A stretch of 64,000 nucleotides of DNA, taken from Octopus vulgaris (lineage: Eukaryota). Under the pieces are notes generated by a model. It was not told the origin of the DNA, did not search any database, and saw nothing but the letters and a program-made list of their open reading frames with translations. Positions 1-13,457 of this stretch are shown here, in pieces. Position 1 is the first letter of the stretch. Each line of letters starts with the position of its first letter. Location: assembly GCA_951406725.2 (NCBI GenBank), contig OX597825.1:85684001-85748000 (forward strand), in the 5' to 3' direction. The position numbers and the translations under genes are program-made.

Positions 1-56
<56 letters not shown>
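1..56. repeat. (GT)n microsatellite
   Basis: Pure GT dinucleotide run. Confidence 0.98.
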
Positions 57-59
<3 letters not shown>

Positions 60-60
60 A

Positions 61-290
61 AGGCGGAGAGCTGGCAGAAATGCTAGCACAAGTGCGAAAT
101 GCTTCGAGGTATTTTGTCTCTGTTTATGTTCCCAGTTCAAATTCCGCCGAGGTCGACTTTGTCTTTCATCCTTTCGGGGTCGATTAAATAAGTACCAGTT
201 ACGAATTGAGGTCTATGTAATCAACTTAATCCCTTTGTCTATCCTTGTTTGTCCCCTCTTTGTTTAGCACCCTGTGGGCAATAAAAAATA
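61..290 (+). mobile_element. tRNA-derived SINE, main family of the window (Meta-like central domain, LINE-like tail)
   Basis: Head GGCGG.GAGCTGGCAGAA, B-box-like GTTCAAATTCC, core GACTTTG.CTTTCATCCTTTCGGGGTCGATTAAATAAGTACCAG, tail TTTGTCCCCTCT..GTTTAGC..CCTGTGGGCAATAAA. More than 10 related copies occur in the window. Confidence 0.9.
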
Positions 291-296
291 TATGTA

Positions 297-339
<43 letters not shown>

Positions 340-341
<2 letters not shown>

Positions 342-526
342 CTTATAAATAAGGGCAAACGAAAAGATTTCTAATGCCAAATATGCCGAAAAATTGGACA
401 TATTGTCCATTACCATATAATTTTTCACAATATGCACGTGAAAAATTATATGGTAATGGACAATATGTCCAATTTTTCGGCATATTTGGCATTAGAAATT
501 TTTACGTTTGCCCTTATTTATAAGTT
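340..526. repeat. Near-perfect inverted repeat (about 89-bp arms, 9-nt spacer) inside a short element between two (TA)n tracts
   Basis: 340-428 is the reverse complement of 438-526 with about 2 mismatches; spacer AATATGCAC. Confidence 0.95.
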
Positions 527-609
527 GTTTATAATTTTAACCTTTAAAGGTATTTTTTAATATGCTGGCCATTGATAAAAAGTTTTTTCGAAAACATTTT
601 ATCCTACAT

Positions 610-658
<49 letters not shown>

Positions 659-714
659 GTGAGTGTGTGCATTTCAGCAGAAGGACTACAATTTTGCTGG
701 TAGTTATTTATTCC

Positions 715-852
715 CTTACATCGACCCTAATACCTGACTGGCACTATATCTTATCGAACTCAGAGGAATGAAAGGCAAAGATGACCTCGATCGAATTCGA
801 ACTCAAAACCTGAACAACGGCAAGTAACGATTCTACTGCCAATCCACCGCTA
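715..852 (-). mobile_element. Degenerate SINE (main family)
   Basis: Reverse complement of the core: ...GGAATGAAAGGCAAAGATGACCTCG...GAATTCGAACTC. Confidence 0.7.
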
Positions 853-1112
853 TTCAGCTGCCAACTATAATAAACAACACCGAGTGAACTCTGCGAGTAC
901 AAGAGATATATTTTAGTGGAATAGTTTAGCATTATGTCAATTCTGGGATCGATCTTGTATTGATAATTTTCGATAGATGCTTCACACCCTGACATATTAT
1001 CTCTTTCCAGATATATTTTAATGATGAGTCTCTAGCAATGTATTGATCTTCTAACTAAAAATATTCACTTCACTTCACAACACTAGTGCACAGCAATAAT
1101 TCATAGGTACTG

Positions 1113-1121
1113 TTGTTATTG

Positions 1122-1157
<36 letters not shown>

Positions 1158-1158
1158 T

Positions 1159-1205
<47 letters not shown>

Positions 1206-1242
1206 TTATTATTATTATTATTATTATTATTGTTATTATTAT
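1113..1242. repeat. (CTA)n/(TTA)n microsatellite
   Basis: Direct inspection. Confidence 0.95.
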
Positions 1243-1249
1243 TCGTTAT

Positions 1250-1445
1250 TAATCGTTGGCATGCCGGGCAAAAACCTTGGCGGCATTTCGCCCGTCTTTA
1301 CGTTCTGAGTTCAAATTCCACCGAGGTTGACTTTGCCTTTCCTCCTTCTGGGGTCGATAAAACAAGTACCAATTGAGCACTGGGGTCGCTTTATCGACTT
1401 ACTCCCTCTCCTGAACTTGCTGGCCTCGTGCCAAAATTTGGAATC
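1250..1445 (+). mobile_element. SINE (main family, alternative tail)
   Basis: GTTCTGAGTTCAAATTCCACCGAGGTTGACTTTGCCTTTC...; tail CTGGCCTCGTGCCAAAATTTG followed by (ATT)n. Confidence 0.85.
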
Positions 1446-1461
1446 ATTACTGTTATTATCA

Positions 1462-1524
<63 letters not shown>

Positions 1525-1526
1525 GT

Positions 1527-1745
1527 AAGGCGGTGAGTTGGCCGAATTGTTAACACGCCGGACAAAGCGCTTAGCGGCATTTCTTCTTGCTTTACGTTCT
1601 TGGTTCAAATTCCACCGAGGTTGACTTCGCATTTCTTTCTTTCAGGCTCGATCAAATAACTACCAGTTGATTACTGCGATCGAAGTAATTGATTATTCCG
1701 CTCCCCTAATATTTCAGGCCTTGTGCCTATAATGAAATGGACTAT
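1527..1745 (+). mobile_element. SINE (main family, alternative tail)
   Basis: AAGGCGGTGAGTTGGCCGAA head, core and TTTCAGGCCTTGTGCCTATA tail. Confidence 0.85.
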
Positions 1746-2040
1746 TATCGTCATCATCTTCGCCATTGGACGGCGGTAGATGTTCAGAATCGGTAGAGCA
1801 CCGACCAAAGAGACTTTCGTCCTGTGATATCAGAGATCTAATACTGTTGAGATTCACCACTTCTTACCTGCTACGGTTGGTTAATGGCATTTCACTCTGA
1901 ACTTCCAATATTTGGAATTATTTCTTCAGAATCTTGGTGCTATAAAAACTATAACACATGTCAATTTGGCATTTAATCTTCTTCGAAGTCGCCACCCCCA
2001 CCACCACTTCTGAAGCCACACACTTTATCTAGCATCTGCG

Positions 2041-2217
2041 ATGATGATGATGATGAGGAGGAGGAGGAGGGGGATGACGAGAATGATGGTGATGGTGACG
2101 ATGATGATGGTGGTGGTGATGATGATGCTGGTGGTGGTGGTGATGATGATGATGATGGTGGCGGTGGTGGTGCTAACGACGACGATGATGATGATGATGA
2201 TGATGATGATGGTGGTG
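2041..2217. repeat. (GAT/GGT/GAG)n trinucleotide low-complexity tract
   Basis: Direct inspection. Confidence 0.9.
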
Positions 2218-2904
2218 AAACTGTCGTTGTCTGCAGCGAAACATCGTGGATCCCTTACTCTTTAATCTTTAACCGTCTTTCTATATGTACATCTTTATTC
2301 TCTCTTTCCAGTTCCGTTTCGAAAAATGGGAGAAAATGACATCCCGGTTTTCGTTTGTCTTCCTTTTTGTCCGTTCCTACTTTTTACCTTCATCCATTTC
2401 TTTTACACCCTCTCTCTCTTTCTCTCTCTCTTTCTATCTATCTATCTATCTCTATCCCCCCTCTCTCTCTCTCTATCTATCCATTTATTTATTTCGGTGT
2501 GTATATATGTGTGCGCGTGTGTGCGGTTTGTGCTTTAGTGTCTGTGTGTCTGTCATGTCTGTCTCTCAACTATTTTAAATCTCTTCCTTTCACATTTTAT
2601 TACTTCCTATCTCTATTTCCTCTATAATTCCTTCTTTTTGTGCCTATCATATTTCCTTTCTCCCATCTTCTCCCCACTCCCTTCTCTCTATATATCTCTC
2701 TCTCTCTCTCTCTTTGCTTCCTCTGTCATCTCGACAATGAAACTACAAATGGCTTTGTTAAAATCAGTTTGTTAAAAACAGACACTCACTGAAGATCTAA
2801 CTCTTACGCTCCCCCAGCTTCGAAGTTATGATTGCCTCCTTCCCCAAAATATCGATCAGAAACATAAAACAAAGGTCGAAGCAAAAATACTAATAAAAAT
2901 GCAA

Positions 2905-3480
<576 letters not shown>

Positions 3481-4029
3481 CCAGCATGGATGTGTGTCAG
3501 TGACCTGCCGGGAAGATAAATCAAATCTGAAACGATCACGAAGCAGGAATTAAGAATTCGCCAAAACAATGAAAGAAAAGTATGTCTTAACGTAAGCCAT
3601 CTCAGGAAACTGAAGGATTTTTCTTATATAGAATATATATACACAAAAAATAGCTTCCACTTAGACAGCATCATGTGCATAAAAATGTTAACAATATTTC
3701 TATACGAAAACTGCAAACCTGTCAGTAAAATTTTTAGATGTAAAATTTTTAATTTTAATTATATATACATTCATATTTATACAAGACATTTCTATATATG
3801 CACATTGCTGTTTTTCTTGGTCTCTCGCTGATACATCAATAATAATTGTAACAAGGAAAGAAACATCAACACATGTCCACGGGCGGTGTTCAGTTAAAAA
3901 AGTAAACGCTGTAAAACGAACCGAAAGGGAAAGAACGGTGGACAGATGACCATAAATATTATGAAATGGTTGATTTAGGATTTACACACACTTCTATGCA
4001 GCACTCCTCCAAAACATAGAAGTATAAAG

Positions 4030-4354
4030 TCATGCCGCAAATAGACAACAAAATCAACAAAGCCCACAACATATACTCTAAACTGAACGTGGAAATGGCA
4101 AGACTGTATGGGATGTGAGAGGGTAATGTAAAAGTGATACCAGTGGTGATCAGACCATTGGGCTCAATCCCATTGAAACTTCAAGTCATCTTAAGGCAAC
4201 AGGAAATCCCTTGCAAGATTGATATCTTGCAAAAGGCAACCTTATTGGGCACAGCGCACATCTTAAGGAAAGTATTATCTGTTTGAGGTCCTTGTTGTGA
4301 CTTAACAGATGATGAAAGACTCCGGTGCATTTTTATCTACACTGTGTTACGAAG

Positions 4355-4355
<1 letters not shown>
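4030..4355 (+). mobile_element. R4/Dong-like non-LTR retrotransposon 3' end (REL endonuclease C-terminus)
   Basis: Translates as ...YSKLNVEMARLYGM*EGNVKVIPVVIRPLGSIP...ILQKATLLGTAHILRKVLSV*, the typical R4/Dong C-terminus. A short UTR and (AAT)n follow. Confidence 0.8.
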
Positions 4356-4432
<77 letters not shown>

Positions 4433-4452
4433 TGATGATGATGATGATGATG

Positions 4453-4710
4453 ATGGCAGAAATTCAAAAGATAGTGCTCGTGAGAACTGCCCATATCCCA
4501 CGCAAAATATTTTCTATGTAATCTCAAATGTTAAAACAAACACGTTATTTTCTTATGTTTTCTTAAACATTCTCTAGAACAACACTATGTACTAAACCAA
4601 ATATGTGGCACCCGAGGCATAACACCAACATGAACTTCTAACTTGTCTTTTGAGGTCTCTGGATGAGACTTGGAGTCAACTTGTAAAATACAAATCAAAA
4701 GTCAAACATA
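4453..4710 (+). mobile_element. Second R4/Dong-like 3' end (different subfamily)
   Basis: AEIQKIVLVRTAHIPRKIFSM* resembles the QKxxLxGTAHILRK motif; the UTR ends in (AAT)n. Confidence 0.7.
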
Positions 4711-4727
4711 TAATAATAATAATAATA

Positions 4728-4795
<68 letters not shown>

Positions 4796-5589
4796 GAGGC
4801 AAGAGGAGCAATCAACTCTGTAAAGAAAAAAACCCTGACAACCTCAAAAGAAGCAAAGTGCAAAAAGATCCTACTGATGATACCTCGCATAGTCTACGTA
4901 AATTTCTTTCCATGGAAATACAAATCATTTCTTTTCTTCGACAGACTTCAGTATCTTCACCTGTTAGCATCTTCAATTGCAAAACCTTGTTGTCTCCTGA
5001 CAATAAAAGGAAACTCTGGTTAGGTAAAATCAATATAAAAACTAAATTAAGACGTTTGCCAAAGCAGTTATTAGTAACAATATTAGTTTTGCAGAAGATA
5101 GGCACAAACTGTTGATGTTGTCTTTTAAATCATTGATTTTAATAGCGAAAGATAACAGAGAGAGAAAGAGGAGAAAATAGGAAAAAAATTCCATATCTAT
5201 CGAGTTTAATGTTACATACGATTCGATGGAGCGATATTTCTCCCCAAAATAATATTTTCTAATATTAGCAGAAGGTCATAGAATCTGAAAACGGAGGGAT
5301 ACTGCAGTCGAATAACTCACTCCCGCCATTACTTGACGGCTGGTTTATTTTATTGATTTCCCGAGAGGTTGACAGGGCAAAAAGGCCAACGTGCTGGCAG
5401 CGAGATTTGAACAACAAACGATAAAGAATATGACTCAATAGAGCAATGGTTTTTGTTTTAAAAGAAATTTGCCACAGAGAATATATACAGTGTGTGTATA
5501 TATATAAATATATATATATATATAGAGAGAGAGAGAGGGGAGTAGATATAGAGAATATATACAGGATATATATATATATATATATAGTA

Positions 5590-5770
5590 TATAAAAAACA
5601 AAAGACGAAGACGGGTGTGTAAACAACAAACAGATGTATTAGTTTAACACCTGGGAAATGAGAAAGTCTTTTATGTTTCGAGCCTACGCTCTTCGACAGA
5701 AAGGAACACAGAAATAAACAGGGAGAGAAAATAGTAAAAGGTTTAGTGGCTAGCGTTCTATCATGGTGAG
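5590..5770 (-). mobile_element. Short Penelope-like non-autonomous element fragment with a hammerhead-like motif
   Basis: Homologous to 51437-51640 and adjacent to (TA)n. Minus strand reads TCGAAGA-GCGTAGGCTC-GAAA. Confidence 0.55.
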
Positions 5771-6048
5771 AGAGAGGCAAAGTAACAAGTGTGGACTGAG
5801 AGAAACGACAATAGGAAAAAGCAGAAAGTGCAAAAAAAGCTTAGAAAAGTTCAAAAGGTTGAAACGTTGTGGTATATTGGAGCGATTTCTCATTAAAGGA
5901 AGAGTCCAGTGTAATCTATGGGTAGGAAAGGTGCAGCCGGAGTGTAGGAGAGTAGAAGAAAGTCCAGGTAGAGAATCCAGGTAAAATAGTACAAGTAAAG
6001 TTCGAGATGTTATGAGGTGGAGACATATATATATATATATATATATGC

Positions 6049-6091
<43 letters not shown>

Positions 6092-6919
6092 TATATATAC
6101 ATATACAGAGTACATACAGAGATGGATGTTGTATTTGAAATTAATTCCATATTATACCCACAAATCATCTTGTTTTTTCTTTATACCATTTCTCGACAAT
6201 CACTTTGAAGTTTATCTCTCTAGATTTTCTATAGAATTCAGAACCAGCACGGAATGTCATGACGTTTCAGAAATGAATATGTCTATGTAAACAATGCGAC
6301 TTAAGATGGAAAATTAGCTAATGGGTGTATATACATGTTTCAAGATATATTGCCCTTTCGTCAGTATCAAATCCAAATCATCACGAACACATTACTTAAA
6401 TAGCCTGTCTGTTGGGTTTTTTATTTTATTAAGCTATCCGTACGTGTCTTCTGCCCAATATCACCAGACAAGTCAATGATACTTTACAAGACTATATCTA
6501 TTTCCAGACACTTATTGTATGGCGTAGATTGTAGGTTGGAATTACAAAAAAACATGCTGTCGTGAAACAATAACAATACGCTAGAATTAGCTGTAGTAAG
6601 CCATCACATAAAAATAAGAAGTGACAACATAATGTGTGTGTCTGAAAGAAACCAAAATATATATGAGAGTTATTGCAATATAATTTTATTATTCCACGAC
6701 CAAAATGTTTCAAAGATATTTTTACGAAGTTAGTTATAACATTAAATGACTTTTGTTTTGTACAGAAATTTTTTTAAATAAAATAACTTCGCAATTCAAG
6801 ATGGAGGCAATCACGTGAAATGTAATCAACTCTAGAAGTGACAGCGACACGAAGATCACTGGAGAACATTATACACATGATATATATAGTTATGTTTATA
6901 CACACATCATTATTTCACG

Positions 6920-6982
<63 letters not shown>

Positions 6983-7069
6983 GTATGTATATATGTATGT
7001 ATATGTATATATACTAGTATGTACGTATGTGTGTGAATATATACATGTCTGTATACATAAATACAGACG

Positions 7070-7147
<78 letters not shown>

Positions 7148-7167
7148 CAGATAGATAGATAGATAAC

Positions 7168-7665
7168 TTTCTTTATTGGCCACACAGGGATGAACACAGA
7201 GTGAACAAATACAAATGTAGAGCTTTTCTTTTCGAAAATGAAAAAGGAAAAAGGAGAAAAGGAGAAAAATAGTAAAATTCCGATTAAAATGGATCGGGCG
7301 AAAAGCGATCAAAAGGGATCGTGTATCACAGAAGAATTTTTTTAAATGTAAGAAGCAAGATTAGGTTTATCCGTGGAAAGAAAATCCTACGAAAAAGACC
7401 ACGGTAACCTCAGGCAGGGAGAGAATAAACACATGAGAGCAAAGTGCTCTCTCTTTTTTACGATTTACAGGATCATGCTCAAAGTGGTTTCGTCGCTCGC
7501 ACGCACCATCTTTGCTACATTCACTCACCTTTTATTGAAACTTTCACGAGACAAAACCTGCCTCTCCTTTCTCAACTTCCTTTTCAAGTGGTACTTGAAA
7601 AAGTTGATGAGCGATTGGCCAGAGAGGTAAGTGTTTGTCTCTAATCCTTTTGCTCGAGTCCACAG
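7168..7665 (-). mobile_element. Tx1/L1-like LINE 3' fragment with (TATC)n at its 3' side
   Basis: Minus strand encodes WTRAKGLETNTYLSGQSLINFFKYHLKRKLRKERQVLSRESFNKR*VNVAKMVR. The 3' UTR ends ...CCCTGTGTGGCCAATAAAGAAA next to (TATC)n. Confidence 0.65.
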
Positions 7666-8609
7666 AAACGTTAGCGCCAAGCAGTGTTTATGTATGAGCA
7701 GAATTACGTAAGTTGAAATATGTTTGTGACATATTTCAACTGCTACAAGGCAAATACATTTGCGGTTACCATGGAGAATATTTCTCTCTTATTTTTAAAA
7801 AAAGGTGTGAAAACACCCGGTTCGTTCATTGTCACCATCAATACAGACATCGATCTTTCAGGCTTCTTGGCAATTTTCGATGAGATGTACCTAAGAGACG
7901 CAACTGTGAACGAACTTATAAAACCGAAGCTTTATGTATAAATTAAGTCAACACGTTGACTAATTTGCGCTGGTAGATCTCCCGACCGAGGTAAATAACG
8001 AAGCATTGGCGCTAAGCAGTGTTTAGGTAAGAGCAGAATTGGATAAGTTGGTTGAACTTATTTCAATCTTTTCATCTTTTCGTAATCGATACAATAAGTA
8101 CCAGTCACGTACTGGTGTTAATCGACAACATCTGGACTACGTCTGTCACCTACTACGTGTGTCTGCAATCTAATAATTATTCTAAACGAGCAGAAATTAA
8201 TGTAATGCTTTCTATTTAATGGTTTCTATTTAATGGGTTCTGTTTAATGGGTTCTGTTTAATGGCTTTATTTAAATTTCATGGTTTCTATTCCTAAACGT
8301 GAAGCATTTTATCTCGTACTTTACAAGGTTCACTGATTGAGATGAAGACGTGCAGGCGTGTTATTGCGCGTTTGCAAAAGACTCAATTTGAAATCTTTCA
8401 CAAAGTATCAAAAGAATGTAAAAAGCTATTTCGATTCTCGAAACTAATCCGTTTCCTCATACGATTCCTGATTAAATCCCTTACTAATCCTCTCCAAGAA
8501 AACAAGCAACTTTGGATTAACAGAGTATTTTTATTTGATTTGTTAAATTATTAAGAAAAAACAATTTTTTTATTGTGCGTATGTATATATAATTTTTTAA
8601 TTTTTTTAA

Positions 8610-8990
8610 TTGTTTCAGTCATTTGACTGCGGCCATGCTGGAGCACCCCCTTCAGTCGAACAAATCTACCCCAGGGCTTCTTATTTGTAACCCTAGTACT
8701 TATTTCTATCAGTTACTTTTGCCGAACCACCATGTTACGGGGACGTAAACACACCAAGATCGGTTGTCAAGCGATAGTGGGGGGGGGGACAAACAAAGAT
8801 ACACAAACATATACATATATATATATACGACGGGTTTCTTTCAGTTTACGTCTACCGAGTCCACTCACAAGGCTTTGGTAGTCCCAAGGCTGTAGTAGAA
8901 AACACTTGCCCAAGGTGCTTCGCAGTGGGACTGAACCCAAAGCCATGTTGCTGGTAAGCTAGGTACTTACCACATAGCTACGCCTTCACC
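8610..8990 (-). mobile_element. tRNA-derived CORE-type SINE (second family), near full length
   Basis: Minus strand has a tRNA-like head, GGGTTCAGTCCCACTGCG...CCTTGGGCAAGTGTTTTCTACT core and the 3' GCTCCAGCATGGCCGCAGTCAAATGACTGAAAC. Paralogues at 21481, 38262 and 41533. Confidence 0.85.
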
Positions 8991-9000
8991 TATATATAAT

Positions 9001-9170
9001 CAGAACGATCTTAATCCGTGAACATAGTGGGCACTTGCGCAGGGGCCACGCAGGTCTTGGGACCCAGTTTTGGTGTATGTATGGTGCGGGTTGCTGTCAA
9101 TAAATATATACTGTAATGCTTTGTGCACTGATTTGTGCAAACGTTTCGTAATGTTGCTAAGACGGCTCAG
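9001..9170. mobile_element. Degenerate MITE with hAT-like termini
   Basis: The ends resemble CAGGGCCGTCTTAA...TTAAGACGGCCCTG (here CAGAACGATCTTAA...CTAAGACGGCTCAG). Confidence 0.35.
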
Positions 9171-9320
9171 TATACACGTGTGTGTGTGTGTGTGTGTGTG
9201 CGTGTGTGTGTGCGTGTGTGTGTATGTGTGTGCGTGGGTGGGAAAAAGACCGGCAAACACAGAGAGAGATGTGTGTACATATGTGTATACAAATATATAT
9301 ATATATGATATATATATAAT

Positions 9321-9362
<42 letters not shown>

Positions 9363-10889
9363 TATATTATATCGTATTATGTGCATATTCGTTCATCTAA
9401 TGTTGTGTGAATGCAGCCGACGTCCACCGTGGTATGCAAATGTTTTAAAATGACAAACGAATCTCAAACGAAGCATGTAAGAAGAACATCTATCATATTA
9501 GCACTTGTGACTGATGATATATTGTTTAAGAGTCTTTAATCAATGATAGATGAGATCTATTTAATCATCCCCAGTGAGTAAAGAAATCCATTGTGTCACA
9601 TTTACAGTTTGGCAACCATAAACCCTGGATCTTTGTATTATTATGTGTAAATGTTATGATTTTATATCGAGTTTATCACACTGCAGTTTCTGTGTAGCTT
9701 ATCGCAATTTTACGGTGAACATGTGATTTATCACATGAGAATTGGTAAGCGTGTATGCTTATTTAACGCAATATCATTGAATTTATCCCAATAGTATTTG
9801 TGGATAATGTAATCCGATTTAACATTCTGTGATTTGTAAGTATTCTGGTTTGGATTACCATAGAGCTGTTTCTATGGAATTATTTATTGTTAATTCTACA
9901 AGAGATCGACAGCGATAATATATCATTGATTATGGTTCTATTTCGATGTGAAAAATCTGGTTTATCACACTGCACACTGATGCCATGGCCAAAGAGAAAT
10001 ACAATTTGGATGAGTTAGTCTCCGTGTTTAGACATTTCTTATTTAACATTGTATGGTTTAGTACGTGTTTCATTTACATGGAGGCTGTGAGTCGCGCAAC
10101 AGCAGTCTCCCTCTATCCTTTCGGGGTTTCTGTCACTTGGTGGGATAAAGAGAACAGCTGTACTCGAACAAGGATCGTGGGCGGAATGCTCCTAACTGAA
10201 TGGACACTGCTAACAGCACCCAGAGGTCAGATGGTGGCGTTAAACCTGATGAATGAGTTTATGATCGAAGGGTTACTTCGACACACAACGGCATAGAGAG
10301 AAAAGCAAGGAGACTGCGTAACGATCATACATTTCTGAAAGTAATTAATGGTTGGAACAAAATAAATTAGCTTCAACAAGGAATCGATATTTGGTACGCT
10401 ACACGGCTCGTCGGGTGGTGGTCTCTGATCGACGTTCCTATCATTGTGTGGTTTATCAATTGATTAATAGCAGGAGTAAAATACGACTTTTCACACCAAT
10501 GAATTTCATTGGCAAAAATCTCGTTTATCACACGTCTGTTTATCACGTTGCCGTTTATCAGTTAGTTATGAAATATAAGTTAACATTACCGTTTATCAGT
10601 TATGAGATATAAGTTATCACATGTTAAGTGATATGCAGCTGGATTTAGTTTTATCACACCAGGGGTTTCTCTGTTGTGAAATATGATAAGAATAATGAAA
10701 ATCTTATTGGTAAACGATTAAATATTATTTGACGTGGTGAGAAGTGAAATTTAGCTTCGCATATTTTAGTTGGTGCTTGCTGAAATCTAATGTAACACGC
10801 AAGTATTTGTGAGAAATGATGAAATCTGGCTCATCACGGAACTGTGGATGAGAGGCAGAACTTCATCACATAAATATATGTTATATGTG

Positions 10890-11490
10890 TGTATTGTATC
10901 CGGATTAAAGACTCAGGGAGAGAATTCGGTCGAGATACAGGTTTATTGTTTTGTTAGTCAGTGTTCACATTCAGTATGAACCCAAATAAGATGAGACGAG
11001 GAAATCGACACGAACATTCCTGGGATTCAAACCCATGACTCCCTACCACTCCTCTTTTTTCTGCCCTTTTTTCGTCCTTATTTTACGAAATAAGAAAAAG
11101 CGTTTCAAGGACACACTCCAAACCTCACTGAGAATCTTTGAGATCAACCTTGATACCTGGGAAACAGAAAAACAAGGCCACCCTGTTGGGTGAAGCTGTA
11201 TCGACAGAGTTGTTACCTCTTACGAACAGAACAGGATTTCAGGAGCACATAGAATGCATGAACTGCGCAAGTGCAGAGCCAACGCCCTTGCTTCCGGTTC
11301 CAACAGACCACCGGTGCTTGACCTACATCAGAGCCTTCAGAGAGACACATCCGACTGGTTGGCCACAACCAGACACTCCATGATCCGTCACCTCCTATGT
11401 GATGTCCTTGGTCATCGTCAATAACGGCAGGCGAACTAATTATAATAATAATAGTTTAAACAGCGGTAGCCTTTGTCTAGTATATGTACA
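10890..11490 (-). mobile_element. Probable solo LTR
   Basis: About 600 bp bounded by TGTA...TACA and flanked by ATGTG/ACGTG (5-bp TSD, one CpG-type mismatch). Minus-strand AATAAA at 10942-10947 lies near the end. Confidence 0.5.
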
Positions 11491-12085
11491 ACGTGTTGTT
11501 ATAAATGGACATCAGTAAATCTCTGGTCTGAGAGTCTCTGTAGACCTCTAACTCAGACTGACTCATATTAAACAAAACTTTAGCATAACTCGTTGAGTGG
11601 GCAGGAAATGTATCAGAAATCAATTAAATATAGAGAAAATACCTCTGAAATCAATTGGATCAACAGGTTTAGTTTAATATCGCAACTGATACACCCAACA
11701 TTCCCAGCATTCCATAAATACGTTAAGCATGCCTTTACTTCGTTATACTCATATATGTGTGGGTGTGTGGGTGTGCGTGTGTGTGTGTGTGTGTGCGTGT
11801 GTGTGTGTGTGTTTAATTAACAACAGCAGCGACAAAGCACTAAACAGGAAAAACAAAGCATTAGCAATAAAATAAGCGTTTATAAGCTGCTATATACAAT
11901 AATTTTATATACACAACTATATCTAGTGTGTGAGAGAGAGAGAGAGTTTATGTATGTGAGGGAGAGTGTGTTTACGCACTTGTGTATGTTACACACTCAC
12001 CTACACCGACACACACACATATATATATATGCACACGCAATGAACATGTATGTGCGCATGTATGCATATATATATATTTATTTAT

Positions 12086-12160
<75 letters not shown>

Positions 12161-12654
12161 TGTATGTATGTATGTATGTATGTATGTATGTATGTATGTA
12201 TATATATAATATATATTTAGACGCCGCGCTACACAAGTGATCTGTAACAGATTTAATCCAATAAGCAAGTTGGTTTGTTTTAGTCAGTTAATCGGTATTA
12301 ACGCTGCCAAATTGATTTGTTTTGAGATGCAAAGCCAGAGTTTCACACATCAATGCAACGAGACGAAAGCAATGTCAATTCAATAATCACTGTTACAATG
12401 GAAATCATGGCACTGTTGAAGTGTGAGTTCTATAAGTGAATCTAGAAGGAGACCGACGGACAGACAAACAGACAGATAGACAGAGACAGAAAGGGAGGGA
12501 GAGCGAGATCTAGGGTGTGATGAAGGGCGAAGAGAGACGCCTACCATCTTCATTCCTTTGTCAGCCAATGACAAGCTCGCTCGATCGAGACAGCAATGAA
12601 GCCTCTTCCTGCACGATCAAAATGCTTGAAATAGCAGATATATATCCCCTCATA

Positions 12655-12935
12655 AGGACGCATGGCATTGTAATTAGTGTGTTGAACTCACGATCTAGCG
12701 TTCGTGGTTTCAATTCCTAAACGGAATGGTTCGTTGTGTTCTTGAGCAAAACACTTCATTTCATGTTGTTCTGCGATCACTTCGACCCATCGCGCGTGGT
12801 CCACCGTTCACCTGTTCAGGCAACGACCCTTTGAAGGAGGGGGGGATTAAATGTGCGGCACATATATTTGATCCTATAAACGAATCCTTTTTGCAGGTCA
12901 TTCGGCAAAAAGGCTGAACGCTCATACGTTGTCTT
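12655..12935 (+). mobile_element. tRNA-derived SINE (third family)
   Basis: A/B-box-like head (TGGC...TTAGTGTGTTGAACTCACGATC...GGTTTCAATTCC) and GTGTTCTTGAGCAAAACACTTCATTTCA core, as at 27119 and 32330. Confidence 0.7.
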
Positions 12936-13056
12936 CCACTAAGTCAGTACATGAACCCGTTAGCCTAAATACTATCTCGGTTTCGTGACATTTTAAGCAT
13001 CCCAACAACGGCCATCACATATTATTTCAGATAGTTGAAAATATTACCCAATGTGT

Positions 13057-13457
13057 AAGGCGGCGAGCTGGCAGAAATGTTAGCACGCTTGGCAAAATGC
13101 TTATCAGTATTTCGTCTGCCGCTACGTTCTGAGTTCAAATTCCGCCGAGGTCGACTTTGCCTTTCGTCCTTTCGGGGTCAATTAAATAGGTACCAGTTAC
13201 GCACTGGGGTCGATATATAATCGACTTAGTGCGTTATCTGTCCTTGTTTGTCCTATCTGTGTTTAGCCCCTTGTGGGTAGTAAAGAAATAGGTATTTCGT
13301 CTGCCGCTACGTTCTGAGTTCAAATTCCGCCGATGTCAACTTTGCCTTTCATCCTTTCGGAGTCGATAAATTAAGTACAAGTTACGTACTGGGGGTCGAT
13401 CTAATCGACTGCCCCCACTCCCCAAAAATTTCGGGCCTTGTACCTAGAGTAGAAAAG
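13057..13457 (+). mobile_element. Dimeric SINE with two different tails
   Basis: A full unit followed by a second unit starting GTATTTCGTCTGCCGCTACG. TSD AATATTACC(C/G)AATGTGT at 13040-13056 and 13458-13474. Confidence 0.92.

Noticed and set aside
9985-10612. ORFs 9985-10296 and 10352-10612 as host or viral (polB-like) genes
   Set aside because: Only a vague resemblance, with no diagnostic motif I can support; kept only as part of the motif-cluster finding.
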